A DNA stretch of 54,637 bases, counting the filler, from Bipalium vagum (taxonomy: Eukaryota): assembly GCA_037834085.1 (NCBI GenBank). It is 3 parts of 3 records of this genome, joined end to end, with 100 filler letters (N's around TTAATTAATTAA, not from the genome) between each part and the next. Parts side by side here need not be neighbours in the genome. Positions count along the whole stretch, not along the records: positions 1 to 19,737 come from JBBMKC010269051.1; positions 19,838 to 38,146 come from JBBMKC010033330.1; 1 more part is not named here. The stretch is one strand, 5' to 3'. The position numbers and the translations under genes were made by a program. Each line of letters starts with the position of its first letter. Position 1 is the stretch's first letter. Below are positions 11,064 through 24,900 of this stretch, one piece after another. The notes under the pieces are model-generated. The model ran no database searches. It saw nothing but the letters and a program-made list of their open reading frames with translations, and was not told where the DNA came from.

Positions 11064-12704
11064 CTGATTTTGTTTAATCACATTAATAAATTTAATCTTT
11101 ATTTATGAAAATGTTTCACTGAGATTTTTATCGATCTGATGTTAGTTCAAGAGAAATGAATAATTTATATTGATATCAGATTTTCAGTTTTTTTTATTAA
11201 AAAACTAATTTAGTAGATCAGATCCCAATGGCTTTCAGCGTTCATATGATCATTATTGAACTAGTTGTATTTTACTAAAATGTACATTGAAAAGGTAACC
11301 TTCGAGTTACATACACTTTCATCCTAAAGATTAAGAGAAATAATTTTTCTGCTGTTTTTTAAACTTTCAGTTAGAATTAATTTTATATTTTTACATCATT
11401 AGATATAAACTTGATATTCAAACTAAAGGTTTGACTAAAATAAATAATATATATTGGTACAAAAATGAAAAGGAAAAAATATTAAATATATAAATGGAAT
11501 ATATAAATAAATACATATAATAATTAAATAATTAAATAAAATAAATTTGAAAATGAAATATATTTTAAGATAAAAAAAACTCTTGTGTAGTATTAAATTA
11601 TAAATATGATAAAGAATGTTAAGGAATAGCTTTTAAAATTTGTTTATATAAAAAATTTACTATTTTAATATTATTTCTATAAAAAAGAAATGATCCAAAG
11701 AGAAAATTCATGACTAGTCAAATTAATAAAATAATATATTTATTTAAATGATAATAATGTTTTAAATGTTTTCCTAAATGTTTAAATGTTTTCCTATTCA
11801 AAATTTCTTATCAGTGTATTAATAAATCTTAATTAAATGGATATTAAATACACAATTAATATTATTTACATTATCCATTATTTCTAGTTATAAATGTATA
11901 ATCATTTGGAATATATCTTATTTCGTCCTTTTGAAAATTCTGAAATAATGCTCAATTATTTCATAATATTTAGATTTCCAGAAATAATAATATTATTTCT
12001 GGAAAAAAAACAGGGGCTGGTTTAAGTTTCTTTTTATTGTTTTAGGACAGAATTAAAACTTAGAAGTCGGCTAATTAGCTGAGGTGTTTAAAGTAGGCTT
12101 CCTTTTTTCACACTTATTTTAATCATTTTGTTGTAAAAATATAATGTATGATCATGAACTATGATTGTCATTATTATGAACATAGATTTGATTAAATAAG
12201 ATAGAACTGAAACACCCTAATATAAGATTTGAAAAGGACAATCGGAATGTGTCCTGCAGCAGCTGTGTTTGACAGACAGGTCTATAATGATAGACTCTAT
12301 TACAGTAGTGAAAAAGAATCCTGTATCATAAAGAAATATAAAAAGAAAAGGTCTGTTAAAATTTATACCAGATATAAACGGATATAAAATTTTATAAATA
12401 CTTAAAAAGATATCACAAGGAAATTAGGAAAAGTTTTTGAGAGAATTAAAACTTTGTGGAAATTGAAAGTAACAGGGTCATAATTTTAATTTTAAAATCA
12501 TCAGTTAAATAAAGCAAATAATAAAAATTTTAAAGTTAAAAAATGTTAGGTATGCTAATGAAAAAATTATAATAAATAAAATAACATTAAATGAACAAGT
12601 AACTTGAATAATTAAATTAAACTAATATACTTTGTTGATTATCAAATGAATTATAAATTTAATAATGTCATAATTTAATTGCTTAATTTAATTTCCATTG
12701 CTTA

Positions 12705-13283
12705 AATTGAGTTTTGCTTTCTGGGGCGTAGTAATGAATCCATGTCTCATCTGTGGTAACAAATCTTCGCACAAAATCAATTTTTTCTCTGCAAACGTGC
12801 CAAACACTCTTGAGAAAGGTTTATTTTTACTTGTTTTTGTTCAACTATAAACAAACGCTGCACCCATCTTGCCGTTAATCTTGGAGAATCGCTTCATGTA
12901 TTTTTTGAACGATTTCCGGAGTACAAGATGATTTTTGGGATCATCTGTCTTTGTACAACCCTGTCTAAATTCCGTAGCCTATTTATGGGCCGTGGTACAT
13001 TATAAGATACCATCGCTCAATGTTTCTACCATGTCTTGATGGATTTGGGTACTTGATTGCTTTAATCAAATTTGATCACTGCTCAGATTTCAAATTTGTT
13101 CATTTTCTAAAATAGTCAAAACTAGTTAATTTAAATTGATGTAGAAAAACAAATACTTTACCAATTGATTTGATGTTTTAAAATTTATTAATATTAATAA
13201 TGTAGTTTTACGATAAACATGATGCCTTGGTTACACACATTTTTCTTTATGCATCATTGTGCGAACATTTCAAACCACCCACG
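12705..13283 (-). mobile_element. mariner element, 5' half
   Basis: Left TIR TA-CGTGGGTGGTTTGAAATGTTCGC; transposase motifs RWVQRLF and DFVRRFVTTDETWIHYYAPESK, truncated after this. Confidence 0.85.
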
Positions 13284-16200
13284 TATATATATTCTATCAG
13301 AACCAAAATTGTGGATAGTAAAACTTTTAATATTAATTGTAATAATAATAGCAAAAATAAATAAATAATAATTGTTACTGCTATTATTACTTGATTCTTT
13401 TTAATATTACTGATTGCCTTAATATTAGTTTTATTAAGGAGATTAGTCAATATACATTGCGAAAAGTTAAATGTAAAAAAATCAATCCACACCAACCACT
13501 TTTTAACAATCGTTAATTTATACTCAATATGCTAATCAAACTTTAACAGATCATGATATCAGTGTATTCTGGCACTACAACTGATTTTGGATGCGTTCAA
13601 CAACAAACTGATGATGAACCATGGAAGATATGTAAGAACTTTGTCAGGGGATTCATCACTAAAAGCCGAATTAATCAATCCACCGCTATTAAGATCTACA
13701 AGTTAATTTCAATTCTATACTGAGAAAAAACTTTACCTTATAAACACATTCTCATACTTAAATATTAAAAATCAGATTTTTTTCATGAAAATATCAAATT
13801 ACATCTAGCTAAAATGTTATTCTCAGTTTTCAATACATGTCAAAGAAATTTACTTTTTTATTTATGTAAAGGTCACAATAGGATACCGTTCAATATGGAT
13901 CAGTTCAAAGTTAAAAGCAATAATTATGACATAATTTTCCTTCTAAAAATTAATGCTGTATTCTTTGCTTTTGTTAATGCCTGTCATAAAAAAGTGAGTC
14001 ACATATGCATAATGACGCCATCCATCATAGATTACATGTTTCTACCATATAAATCTCAAACTCAAAATAAGTAAGATTATAACCACTTCTCTGTAACTGG
14101 CAATCAGCAATTCTGCGACAGTAATTAGGAATAATAGAAGGATCGTGAGGAATTTCGTTTTTCTATTTTAACCTATTTTTTGTATTTATTCAAGTATAGT
14201 CGATTGAAATGCAATTCTATCTGAGGAACTCTTCAGTTACTTCAAAGAGAGAGATTACTCTTAACTTTAATTAAAATTATTAAGCTTATATTTGTTAAAA
14301 AAACAAATAAAAATTTTTATCAATAAAACTCTTATTTAACCGAGTTATTTTTTATTAGTGGAACCGTTTTTTATTAACATATATAATTCTTTTGGAGTCA
14401 GATTTATATTGCTAGTTTCCATAAATAATGTTAACCGACAATCAATATTTGACCCGGTATAAGACAGAGTTTGTATTGTTTGCGCTACGTAATAAATCTT
14501 TGAGTTTGACCGATCAAATTTTAATGAAACCTCAAACTTATTATTAATAATATTAATTCTTTTCTTTCTATAACTTATGTACACGTATTTATCTTTAAAG
14601 TAGTTCTTATTTTTATTTTAATTTATTGAAAAACAAATTCATTTTTACTTTTTAAGTTTATTTTTTTATCAAGGAAAATGTTGCGGATTTATTTACACTT
14701 TCACAAAATAAGAAAAATATAAAATTGGAAATATATTTTTTGAAATCCAATAATGTTTAAACGATTTCACTAAAACAAACCAAACCAAGAAACAATCCAA
14801 TTAAGAAAAGTATAATTGACATGAATAATTTCAATTACATTTCATCACAGTTTCGAATAAATTATTTAAGAAAACTAAAAAATTATAATTATAATTATAA
14901 TATTCTTTGAGCAGACTCCGTAAATTGACTAAAATGAAAATGGGATGGTTGATTGTTCTTGCGTTGCAATTTTGTGCCCACTTGAAAATATTTTCACAGA
15001 TTGCTAATATAATAATTAGATTCCCTTGTGTTCTCTCCCTGCCCAACCTCAAACGCAAAAAGTGGGAGAATCAAGTTGTAAAAAGATATTATTTTCCTAA
15101 ATAGAACACCATTATTTATATTTTATATTTTTGATTAATATTAATATATACGTACAATTTTGTATTTTTAATCAATTCGATATTGCATTGTGTGTTACCC
15201 TTTCTGCGTTATTTGGTCTCATCAGATTATTTTTTTTTGCTCAACACTTTGGCATTTTATATATTTTTGAGCTTCTATTTGACCTTTTTTTTCTAACTAA
15301 ATAACTTTATCATTTATTATCTTATTGGACTTCCATGTCTCGATTATCCATTCAAATTCCAAACACAATTTTCCCATTCATAGGACTATCACTAACTTTT
15401 TATAATGTTGTGGAATACGATCAATTTGAGAAAAGATTTGCTGGTACTGTATTCAAACTATCAGTCAATTGGAAAATTTCAAAATTTCAAAATCCTTTTA
15501 TGAAAATTGTATTGTTATTACTAATAATATTATGATTTAAAAGGCGTGAGAAATTCATTTTTCCTTAAATACCGAAATTCCCTTTCGATCCAATATTGAA
15601 TAGCTCCAAAAAGTTAAAGGTCGATGCTGTATTCGTTTGCTTAAGACATGTGGCGAAAAGAGAATGAATTAAGATGTATACAGTATGTATGATGAGTTGA
15701 TCAATAATTAACTTATGGACACAAAGTTCGCCAAGGAAAACTTTTTAATATAGATTCAGAAAGGTTTTCATAAGGAAATAATAACTATATTACATAAAAA
15801 AGGTTTTTCTTTTATTATAAGCACTTAGAAGTTGTCTAATTGAGGCTGATCAACTTATATTATGAAATGGTCCAAAATATTAGAATACGTTTCAGAGTTT
15901 TGACAATGTGGATAATAAAATGTCTTCATTATAGCACTGTTAAAAATATGGTGACAAGATTAAAATTTACGATTATTTACATTTTCTGAAATATTATTAA
16001 TAGAAATTATAATACAGAAAGGTCGATCAGTTTATGGAAGAAAATTAAAATAAATTTTCCAAGGCAAGCAAGAATATTTATTATTTATTTATTTATTCAG
16101 TACAAGCTGCCCGTTTCATGGCTCTTTTCGATACTCTTTCGAGCAATTTTCCTTAGACTGAAAAGTTTTTCCATCTAAACCATTGCACAAAAAATGATAA

Positions 16201-16639
16201 TTTGAAGAAATAATATACAGTTTTAAAATTTTCGCAGTCAATTAATGCTACCTGAGGCCTGGTGTTAACATGTTAGATATTTTCATATCGTTTTATAGCT
16301 CCATCTAATTTAGGCCTATGGAATCCATAACACTGTTACTGATATTATTAATTGTTCTGCACCTTAAGAAATAATACATTTCCAATCACACGAATTGAAA
16401 CTAAAAATAATTTGGAATACAACCATGTTAAAAGTTGCATTGGAAAATCATTTGCCTTTAATATTTTGTAAACCATTTCCAATTTTATCATGACATGTTT
16501 TGTTAAAATTTCATCCTTCCTTTTCTTTTGAGTCTTGAAAAAAATCACCTACTTTATATTTTGATAACCACCACTATTTCTAATTTCAACTCAATCAACA
16601 GAAGAAATCTCAAAAAGTATATTTTGCATTGTTTATGCT

Positions 16640-17060
16640 ATTGCGATTTCTTGGCTAGATGATTTCGAAAGCATGTCATTTCTTATTTCTGCTAAATTTT
16701 ATTCCAGCCCATTCTTCAACAGTTATATATGGAAAGTATATGAACTACGATATAAATTACTTTCTCATCCACTGTACTACCCCAATTTGTCACCGAGAGA
16801 TTTATTTTTCCCTCCAAAAAAAAGACTTTCTGGAAAACGATTCAGGTCAAATCTGAAAGTTCAAAAGCAAAACTAAAGAATATTTTGAGTCTTCATAAAT
16901 CATGCTATTTTGATGGGATTAAAAGACTTGAATATCGTTTGAATAAATGTATTGTATTTCAGGAGACTATGAAGAAGTCTATGGAAAATAAATATACTTT
17001 TGTCAAAAAGTTTATTCTTTCTTTGTTTTGAAGAAAAAACTTCTTTTCACCCTTGCACAC
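16640..17060 (+). mobile_element. mariner element, 3' fragment
   Basis: PAHSSTV, ELRYKLLSHPLYYPNLSP (HPPYSPDLAP-like), GIKRLEYRLNKCI..GDY. Confidence 0.75.
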
Positions 17061-18504
17061 TAATGGTTATTAATTACTTTGATTTATGATGTAAAGTTAA
17101 ATTTTGAATAATGTTGTTTTTAATTACTTAGGAATTACAGATTATTATCGTTACATATTATCTTTATCTTCATATATTTAATAGTGCACATTGAACTCCT
17201 TTGACAATATGAAATAAATAATTAGGTAATTAATTTATTCGTTGTTTAAATGATTCATGTGATTAAAAAATTTATTAATGATCAATTTTAATTTATGCTT
17301 GAATTATTTGATAGAAGAGATATCATGGTTGACTTTAAAGGATGCCAAATAAATATCTCCTTTATTATCATACAATATTATTATACTGAATTTTAAGAGA
17401 AATATATAATGATCAGAGTCACCCATTAACCAGATTTTATCATTATTTTATTTTCCGTAATTGTTCTTATGTCAGTGCATTCTTGATGATAGGACAGGCA
17501 AAATGAAAAATTTAACTAAAACATTTCTTAAATATCCACAAATGTTTATTTGTCATTATAGTACAAGTTACTTATTAATTGGAAATTAATTTTTTGATAA
17601 TTATCTGAAGCCTATGATTATGTATTATTTTGTTTGGATCAACCACTATAAAAAATTTAAATAATATCTTTATGGAAATTATCAAACTGAATCAACCTCT
17701 GTCTTCAATGGAGGCCTTAAAGTCAAATGAAGGATGAAAAATATAATTGCAGCCTTAGGGAAAATGCAAAGTAATGAATTGAATTTTAAACCTTTGGTTT
17801 TATGTAGATCAATGAGGAGATAGTGAAATATTTATAAATTATCAATAAAATAACTAAAAATAAATTATTGAAAAGAGCTTGCCTTAACCATTATAGAAAT
17901 AAAAAAATTCATATAATATATTTTAATTAAATTGTAATATAATTATATAAAAATTATTTGAAAAAAGTAATATATAAAAAGGTCAAAGCTCAGGTGCGAT
18001 TCTATTAATTCTATTGAAATCTTTATGAAAATCGCGAATATAAAATTTTGAATTTATTAAATTTTAATAAAAATAAATTATCGTAGAAAAATAATTAAAA
18101 TGGAAATAATTTTTGTTTATCACTAAGTAATAATAATAAATAATAATATTTCAATTATTAATTATTTCATAATTTAACGATTATCTACATTAAATAAATA
18201 TATTTTATAAATTTTATTGAATTTTGTGTATATAAATAATTAAAGTAAAACTGAAATTGGAAATTTCATTTTTTTAACTATTACTAAATTTATAATTTAT
18301 AGACCTTCACTGTTTAAAATAATGTCGAAATTGCTTTTGTCATAATTATATTTGAATAAAAATAAAGTTTTGGATAATTCGAAATTCTCCATATGAACGT
18401 TTTTCAATGAAATATGTGGTGCAAAGTTTGTACTATTTGTTTCATGCATTATTACAGAAAGTAATTGCCTATTAAAATAAAATAATGCTTTCATATTTCT
18501 AATA

Positions 18505-18770
18505 TGTAGATGTCAGACGTTAAAAAGATAGAATTGTGGAGTTGGCCAAGGACACATTTCTGTAAATTGTAAAAACCGCAATAGTGTCTCGCTTGTAATA
18601 ATATTCATAAGAATAATTCTTATAATGATAATAAAATTCTAAAAATAATAATAATAACAATAATAATAATAACAATAATAAAAATAATAAATAATAATAA
18701 TAATAGTTACATGTTATGTAATTATGTTTTGTTTGAATAAATACTTTTTTATAACTCTGACGTCTTTTCA
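18505..18770 (+). mobile_element. 5' LTR of the adjacent Ty3/Gypsy element
   Basis: Short inverted ends TGTAGATGTCAGA / TCTGACGTCTTTTCA, AATAAA at 18736 and an internal AAT tract; followed by a degenerate PBS-like TGTGTAGTAAAG and then gag. Confidence 0.55.
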
Positions 18771-19737
18771 ATGTGTAGTAAAGAAGGCGATCACATCGAA
18801 AATGTACATGATATAACCAGAAGTACGAAAAAAATTAGTCATGGATGCGTTACTAAAAAATGCACAGGAAATTTTGGGATTTCAAATCAAACGATATAAC
18901 GGCAGAAGCTCTACTGAAGCGGAAAGATGGTTGAAAGATATAGAGGAATGGCTCAGTATAAATGACTTATGCCTTGTCGGCGTATTTGATTTGCTATTAT
19001 TCGACGAAGCCTCAACCTTATGGAAGTTTCAAGACAGAAGCAACAACAAAAGAAGAAGCCAAGTCTTGGTTTGCTGACACATTTATGGAGAAGAAATCAA
19101 TAATCGATTTAATTTGCGAATTGTCAGAAGTTAGGCAAAATTCGGATGAACGATTTGCAAATTTTGAGATCCGTAATCGAAATTTAATGAATGACATACA
19201 GTGAGTGCCGATAGAGTCAGAACTAACAAGAAGAAGATTGAAGAAATAGTGAAAGCAAAACCGCCGGGTTGCGTGTCTCAGTTGAGATCATTTCTTGACT
19301 TGACAAACTATTACCGACGTTTTATTGCCCATTATGACGAAGTAGCAGCGCCCTTGTACGCTGCTATATCAAGTACCGATAAACAGCTTCATTGGACGGA
19401 ACAATGCCAGAATAGTTTCTAAGCACTGAAGGATAAACTTTGCCAAGCACCAAACCAATACTGGGTTTTCCAAACAGAGACCGTGTTTTTATATTTGATA
19501 CAGATGCAAGCTTTGGAGCGATTGGATCTGCTTAGAGCAGATCGTGGTAGATGTTTTATGGAAAAAGCAGCGGCACACTACAAATAGGTGGTTGTCATTA
19601 TTGACCGTTTTAGCAAACTAGTGAGTCTATGCGCGATGTCCAAACTTGATGATCAATCAGTCTTCAAGGCAATAATGAACCATTGGATTTATAGATTTGG
19701 CAAGCCGAAGAGTATTTTAACAGATCGAGGAAAGAAC
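18771..19737 (+). mobile_element. Internally deleted Ty3/Gypsy retrotransposon (gag, RT C-terminus/RNase H, integrase core), running into a gap
   Basis: gag-like YNGRSSTEAERWLKDIEEW; RT thumb QLRSFLDLTNYYRRFI..AAPL..WTEQCQNSF; RNase H FIFDTDASFGAIG; integrase IIDRFSK..WIYRFGKPKSILTDRGKN. The RT-RH-IN order is Gypsy-type. Confidence 0.9.
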
Positions 19738-19837
19738 NNNNNNNNNNNNNNNNNNNNNNNNNNNNNNNNNNNNNNNNNNNNTTAATTAATTAANNNNNNN
19801 NNNNNNNNNNNNNNNNNNNNNNNNNNNNNNNNNNNNN
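19738..19837. other. Artificial 100-bp contig join with six-frame stop linker
   Basis: N44-TTAATTAATTAA-N44, identical to 38147-38246. Confidence 0.95.
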
Positions 19838-19912
19838 AATATATTTTTCTGTAAAAAAGCAGTCTTTGTTTTTCTAATAAAAAAACGCACGAACTTTCCG
19901 GACAACCCAATA
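19838..19912 (+). mobile_element. mariner right end (TIR) emerging from the gap
   Basis: CGCACGAACTTTCCGGACAACCCAATA is a typical mariner TIR (reverse complement TATTGGGTTGTCCGGAAAGTT); a related decayed TIR lies near 44735. Confidence 0.6.
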
Positions 19913-20887
19913 GTTTGAGTGGTTAAACGTTTAAGTCCTATGAAGCCGTTTAAACATTTTAAAAGGAAAACCAAGAAAATTCTATCAAAATCGGTTTGAA
20001 CAGCTTGTAGCATGTTGGAAAATATTTTATAGAAGGGAATTGTGATTGTGCAATTAATTAATAAATTTGTTTTATTTAATTCCAGTATTTAATCGTTTTA
20101 ATGCAATGATTTAATATTTAAACCAATGACATTTTTAAACTTTTTGATTATAATTTTTAAAGTAATATTTTATATTTTTAGAAAATATTTCATTTTCGGA
20201 AAATCCTCTTTAAAATGAGTTATTTTAGTTTAATTTTTTTAAAATGCTCAGCTTGTAACATAATAAGTAATGAAGAATTGAAAACCTCATTCTCTCCTCA
20301 TTTTTACAAAAATGTTCAAAAGGAGGAACGGATGTATATTTTTATTTAACCAAATGAAACCGTAATTCATTTGAAACTGTTTATCTATTAAAATTTAAAA
20401 ATTCATCCGTTACATGACCGTTATTCATAGAATTTGTCCTGGAAATTGGTCTTCCAAAAGTTCTTTATTTAGTATATTCTTAAACTTTCTCTATTATTTG
20501 CATTACACATGTGATATATTGTGTACTATTTATATTATTTTGTGATACTTTAGCAGTCCTAATATCAGAATGGTTTAAAGTTAAAATAAAAGATTTATAG
20601 TTGAAAGTATTCTACATAATTTTAAGCAATAATAAATGCTTGTAATGTTTTATTATTATATTAAATTATTTATTAATTTATAATAGAATAACCTTAATAG
20701 TATTGCTAACGTTATTATACAGGAACGATTAAGTGAAAAATGTATACTTATGGATATACTTTTTTTTCTTACATTCTTATTTTCTAAATATAATAAGTCA
20801 AAATAAATTTCAACATAAATCAATTTAGAATTATTATTAATAGTAATATTAAAAAATCATAATAATAAAAAAGATAATAATAAATTG

Positions 20888-20940
<53 letters not shown>
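20888..20940. repeat. (AAT)n microsatellite
   Basis: Perfect AAT run of about 17 units. Confidence 0.95.
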
Positions 20941-23929
20941 TTATTTTAAAATGAAACTTTTTAGAATTTATTTTTTAATGCTTAAAGTTCTCTGTATTTA
21001 TATCAGAAATCATTGATTATCCTGATTTTCATACATTTTTTCATTGTATAAATATATCACATTCGACCACTTTATTTCAACATTTCTGTACGCTAAAATA
21101 ATGTCTTCCAATAGTTAAATGGACACAAATTAACATTAAAACACCAAATCTATAAAATGCATCTCTGAAAATCTCTGAAAAATTTTAATAATTTATTAAA
21201 AAGATTAATAATTAATATTTCTAAAGTTTTAGACCATATTCAGAAATTTAACAACATTCGATTAGTTAATTAATTACATTTCATTACAATATAAGGAGCT
21301 ATTATCATACCATGAGAATCTCTATTTTTAAATCATAAAAGCCATAATATAAATTATTATAATAATGAGGCAAAGTTATATAAAATAATCATTAAATCGA
21401 TAACTAAATTAAATTAAATCAGTAAATTAAAAAAACTCTAGAAAATATTGATTCGTTACATTTTAGTATTATATTTCTAATTTTCTTTCCATTTATTTTT
21501 ATTAATTTTTTATTAAAGACTTATTTTATATAATCAATTACGAAGTGATGTTTTGGAAGAGTTCTAAGTATAATTTGTGGTTATCTGTGATATATTATTA
21601 TAGATCATTTTCAGTCGTGTTTTTTGCTTAATCTTTCATATAAATAATATTCAAAATTGTACAGTTATGTGAGAAATGAATAAAATTTATGTTTATTTAT
21701 TACAACCTATGGATGTATCAGAAGATAATTGTGATAAATAAATACGCTGTACACAATTATTGTCAGTTTATTTATTTTAATTCTCATTGGTTGATTTAAT
21801 TATAAGAAAACGAATTTACCTCTCTCATCATTCTTGGTGGTTTTTACTGAAGTTTCTCAACATTATCTTCTTTCTTTATTGTTGTCAAACTTGCAATGGA
21901 TTACTTTAATGACAACATAAAATGTTGGTCTATAAAATTAAGCCAGAAGATAAATTACAAATTAATCTTCTAACTTATCTATAAGAGTATGGTATAAAAT
22001 GTACAATAAACTTTAATACCAAAAACCAAATAATAAAAACAGATGATAAAATAAATAAAGAAACTTGTACTAAAGCCTATATCTATACCCTATATTGTGG
22101 TCTCGATAATTTTACGAGCAATGTTAATTTAATACCAAATATTATTAATAATTTAAACTAAAAAATGTTTAAAAATAAGTTACAATAAAAAAAGTTATTA
22201 ATCTTCCGAAATCCTGGTATTAAGAAGATTAGTAATAATAATTATAAAAATTCTCATAGAAAACTGTTTGTATATATAGCACCTAAAATATGACTTTTTA
22301 ATGTTTCTTTTGTTCCCAGAAAACATTTGGAATTAATTTTTTAAAACTTAACGTTTCTAACTCAACCGACTTTTATGTTCTGTTACAGAAATTGGAGAAA
22401 TTTTAACCTTTTTTTTAAATTTATTTTTCTAAGCTAAACTAGGCTTTTTTATTCTTAAGTTTTAAATCATTAGTGCAATTTGAAGTGCAAGTAAGCAAAG
22501 CCATTAAGATGATCCTAGAAAATGATGTTTATCCTCATTAAACAGAACAAATCTTCTTGATGTTGTTCTCTTTCTTTCTATATGACGGGAGATCTTTTAC
22601 CGGGGAAAATTGGGATTTATAGTTATACTTTTTTGAGAAATTTTGTAGAAGAAAGATAAATGAGTTCAGTTAACAGAGGAAATTGATTTTATCATTTCAT
22701 CACACAACATTATTTTTCTTTTTTTTTACCGAATTTTATGATATATTTCTTTAATTTCTTTTCCAGTGAGAAAATCTTTGGTTTCAATGGTGTGGGGTAC
22801 ATTTTTCCAACAATCTTTATTTCACCTTTACATGAAATTATCAAAGACTGTCAGAAACAGAAGCTCCACAATTATTTTCAATAATATATTTTTAATACAT
22901 GATGTATTAAATTTAATGGACAAGAAAATTTTTCTGAAATTATTAATAGAACCTTAATTGAAAACATGCCTTAATAAAATAATGAAAGAAATAATTAAAT
23001 AAAAATTGTTTAGAAAACAATTAAATAATTTATGTATTGTTAATTTTATCATAAAGCAAATTTGTGGTGTCAATTAAAAATATCAGGCGAATTCTTTGTA
23101 AATTAAAAATTAATTATATTTTATTGGTGATCCGTTATCGGAATTGACAATTTTCTATTGCTTATTTATATTATTTTAATTTCTGAATTTCAATCTTAAG
23201 GACTTTAAAAATAAGCTTTAATTCCTCAATTCAAGACAAACTATCTAATTTTATTTCTGAAAAATAATAATAAAAAATACTAATAATAAATAACAATAAT
23301 CAAAAATAATAATAATAATAATAAAAAATAATAAATTTATTGAAAAGATAATGGTTTGGTAAATATGAGACTGAAAGTTTTGGGCTTCTTCAATATTTTC
23401 AAAGATTCGGTCTACTTCTTGTCAAATTCTTTGTCAACTTCACAAACTTTTTAATTTAAGGTCTCATGTCAAAACCCACAATTTTTGAACTGCAGTGAAA
23501 TTTCAATAAAAAGTTTAATTACAGCTTAATTTTGATTCTCGCTATAAAAGTTATCTTTTTCTCAAATATTGCAAAATAAAATGCAACAGTGGCTTTCTTT
23601 TATTGTCAGACAAACTGTCCAGAAAAATATCAATATATATATTTATAGAACCGTTAATGATTTGAGCATAATAGGCTTTTAATTTATTATTTTTCGGTTT
23701 TTTCTTTTAATTTTAATACGTTGGATATTTTTAAAACTGTTAATATTTTTTATTAAATGAATCTATAAAATCTGGAATTTTAATGATTAAGATCATGTGT
23801 CTCATCAGTAAAAACTAAAAAAAAATTATTATTATTATAAATATTATTAATAGCAATGTTAGGTGGTAATAAAGAATCTATATTTTTTTAACCAAACTTC
23901 AAAATTTATTTTAAAAAAATGACAAAATA

Positions 23930-24900
23930 TTCAGTCAAAGTATTCACTATTGTTTTTGATCACTTTGATGAATTCCCTCTCAAAAATTTCTGTCTACCTG
24001 GATACGAAAAAGTGGTTAAACCATTTTCGGATTTAAACCAATACTCTGAAGTCTGTATTTGAATACAAGGTGTTCTGCATTGACCGGAATAAATGAAAAT
24101 CAATTGGGCACGTTTCATTATGGTCTTTGAAAAAAAATGCGACCTTGTGCTGTCATCTAAAAATTTAACGGGACGGTTTCCTTTTCCAGAATATCAACTT
24201 TTCAACTCCAGATTTTGACTCAATATAAATAATTGATCTTATTAGCGATTGGCAGAAGCTGTTTCACCGGATTCCAACAGCTCGTAATTTAGTTCTCTCT
24301 TTATATCCTACCAGGTGCAGAACATTACCTTATGTTCTAAACAAGTGGTCTTCACCATCGATATTCTCAAGAGCATATCTAAAGATTTCCTATTCTTCGT
24401 ATTTTAATGATTTTCACACTGATTTTCCACATAAAATTTTATTTAGAAGTGAAAGACACGATGCCAAACGTTGATCTTTTTAGGTTCGGCTAAGATTATG
24501 TGAGATCCATTTTCTTTCTTTTTGGATCTTTCCAGTCTCATATAAATGATTGGAAGAGTTTTCTGAAAAACTCATCACTGTTGTGTAAGCCCTGTATTTG
24601 TGCCACATTATCGGACAGCAGTTTCTTCAGATCTTCATTGATATATATATATACTAGGAGCACCAGAACGTGGTCTGTCTAGGAGACTAAATTCACTTTC
24701 TTTGAAGCGTTTGAACCAAAAAGTGCACATATTGTACGTTGCAAATTCATTGCCAAAGACAGAACAAATTGATTTAATTCTCTTGTTACATTTTTTTTAA
24801 TGTGGATCTTGTCTGTTCTACTGTGGAACATTACTGGAAAAGCATTTATTGAAATTTCTGCCATATTATTTTTGAAACTATTTTACAATTGATTATTTGA
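23930..24900 (-). mobile_element. Decayed mariner element
   Basis: KVMFCTW*D..YELLESGET, VKFLDDSTRSH, DFHLFRSMQNTL, RKWFNHFF, VIKNNSEYFD*. Confidence 0.8.

Noticed and set aside
12170-12480. GM-containing frame (RTIGMCPAAAVFDRQ) considered as a receptor zinc-finger end
   Set aside because: Lacks the C..CR..KC pattern; more like a decayed retrotransposon integrase tail.
18520-18771. ORFs with poly-Leu/Tyr stretches that look like membrane proteins (also 13247-13495)
   Set aside because: They are translations of AAT microsatellite or AT-rich tracts.
19782-19793. TTAATTAATTAA palindrome between N runs (also 38191-38202)
   Set aside because: Identical N44-12-N44 layout with stops in all six frames marks an assembly linker, not biology. 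It also means adjacency across these joins is uncertain.
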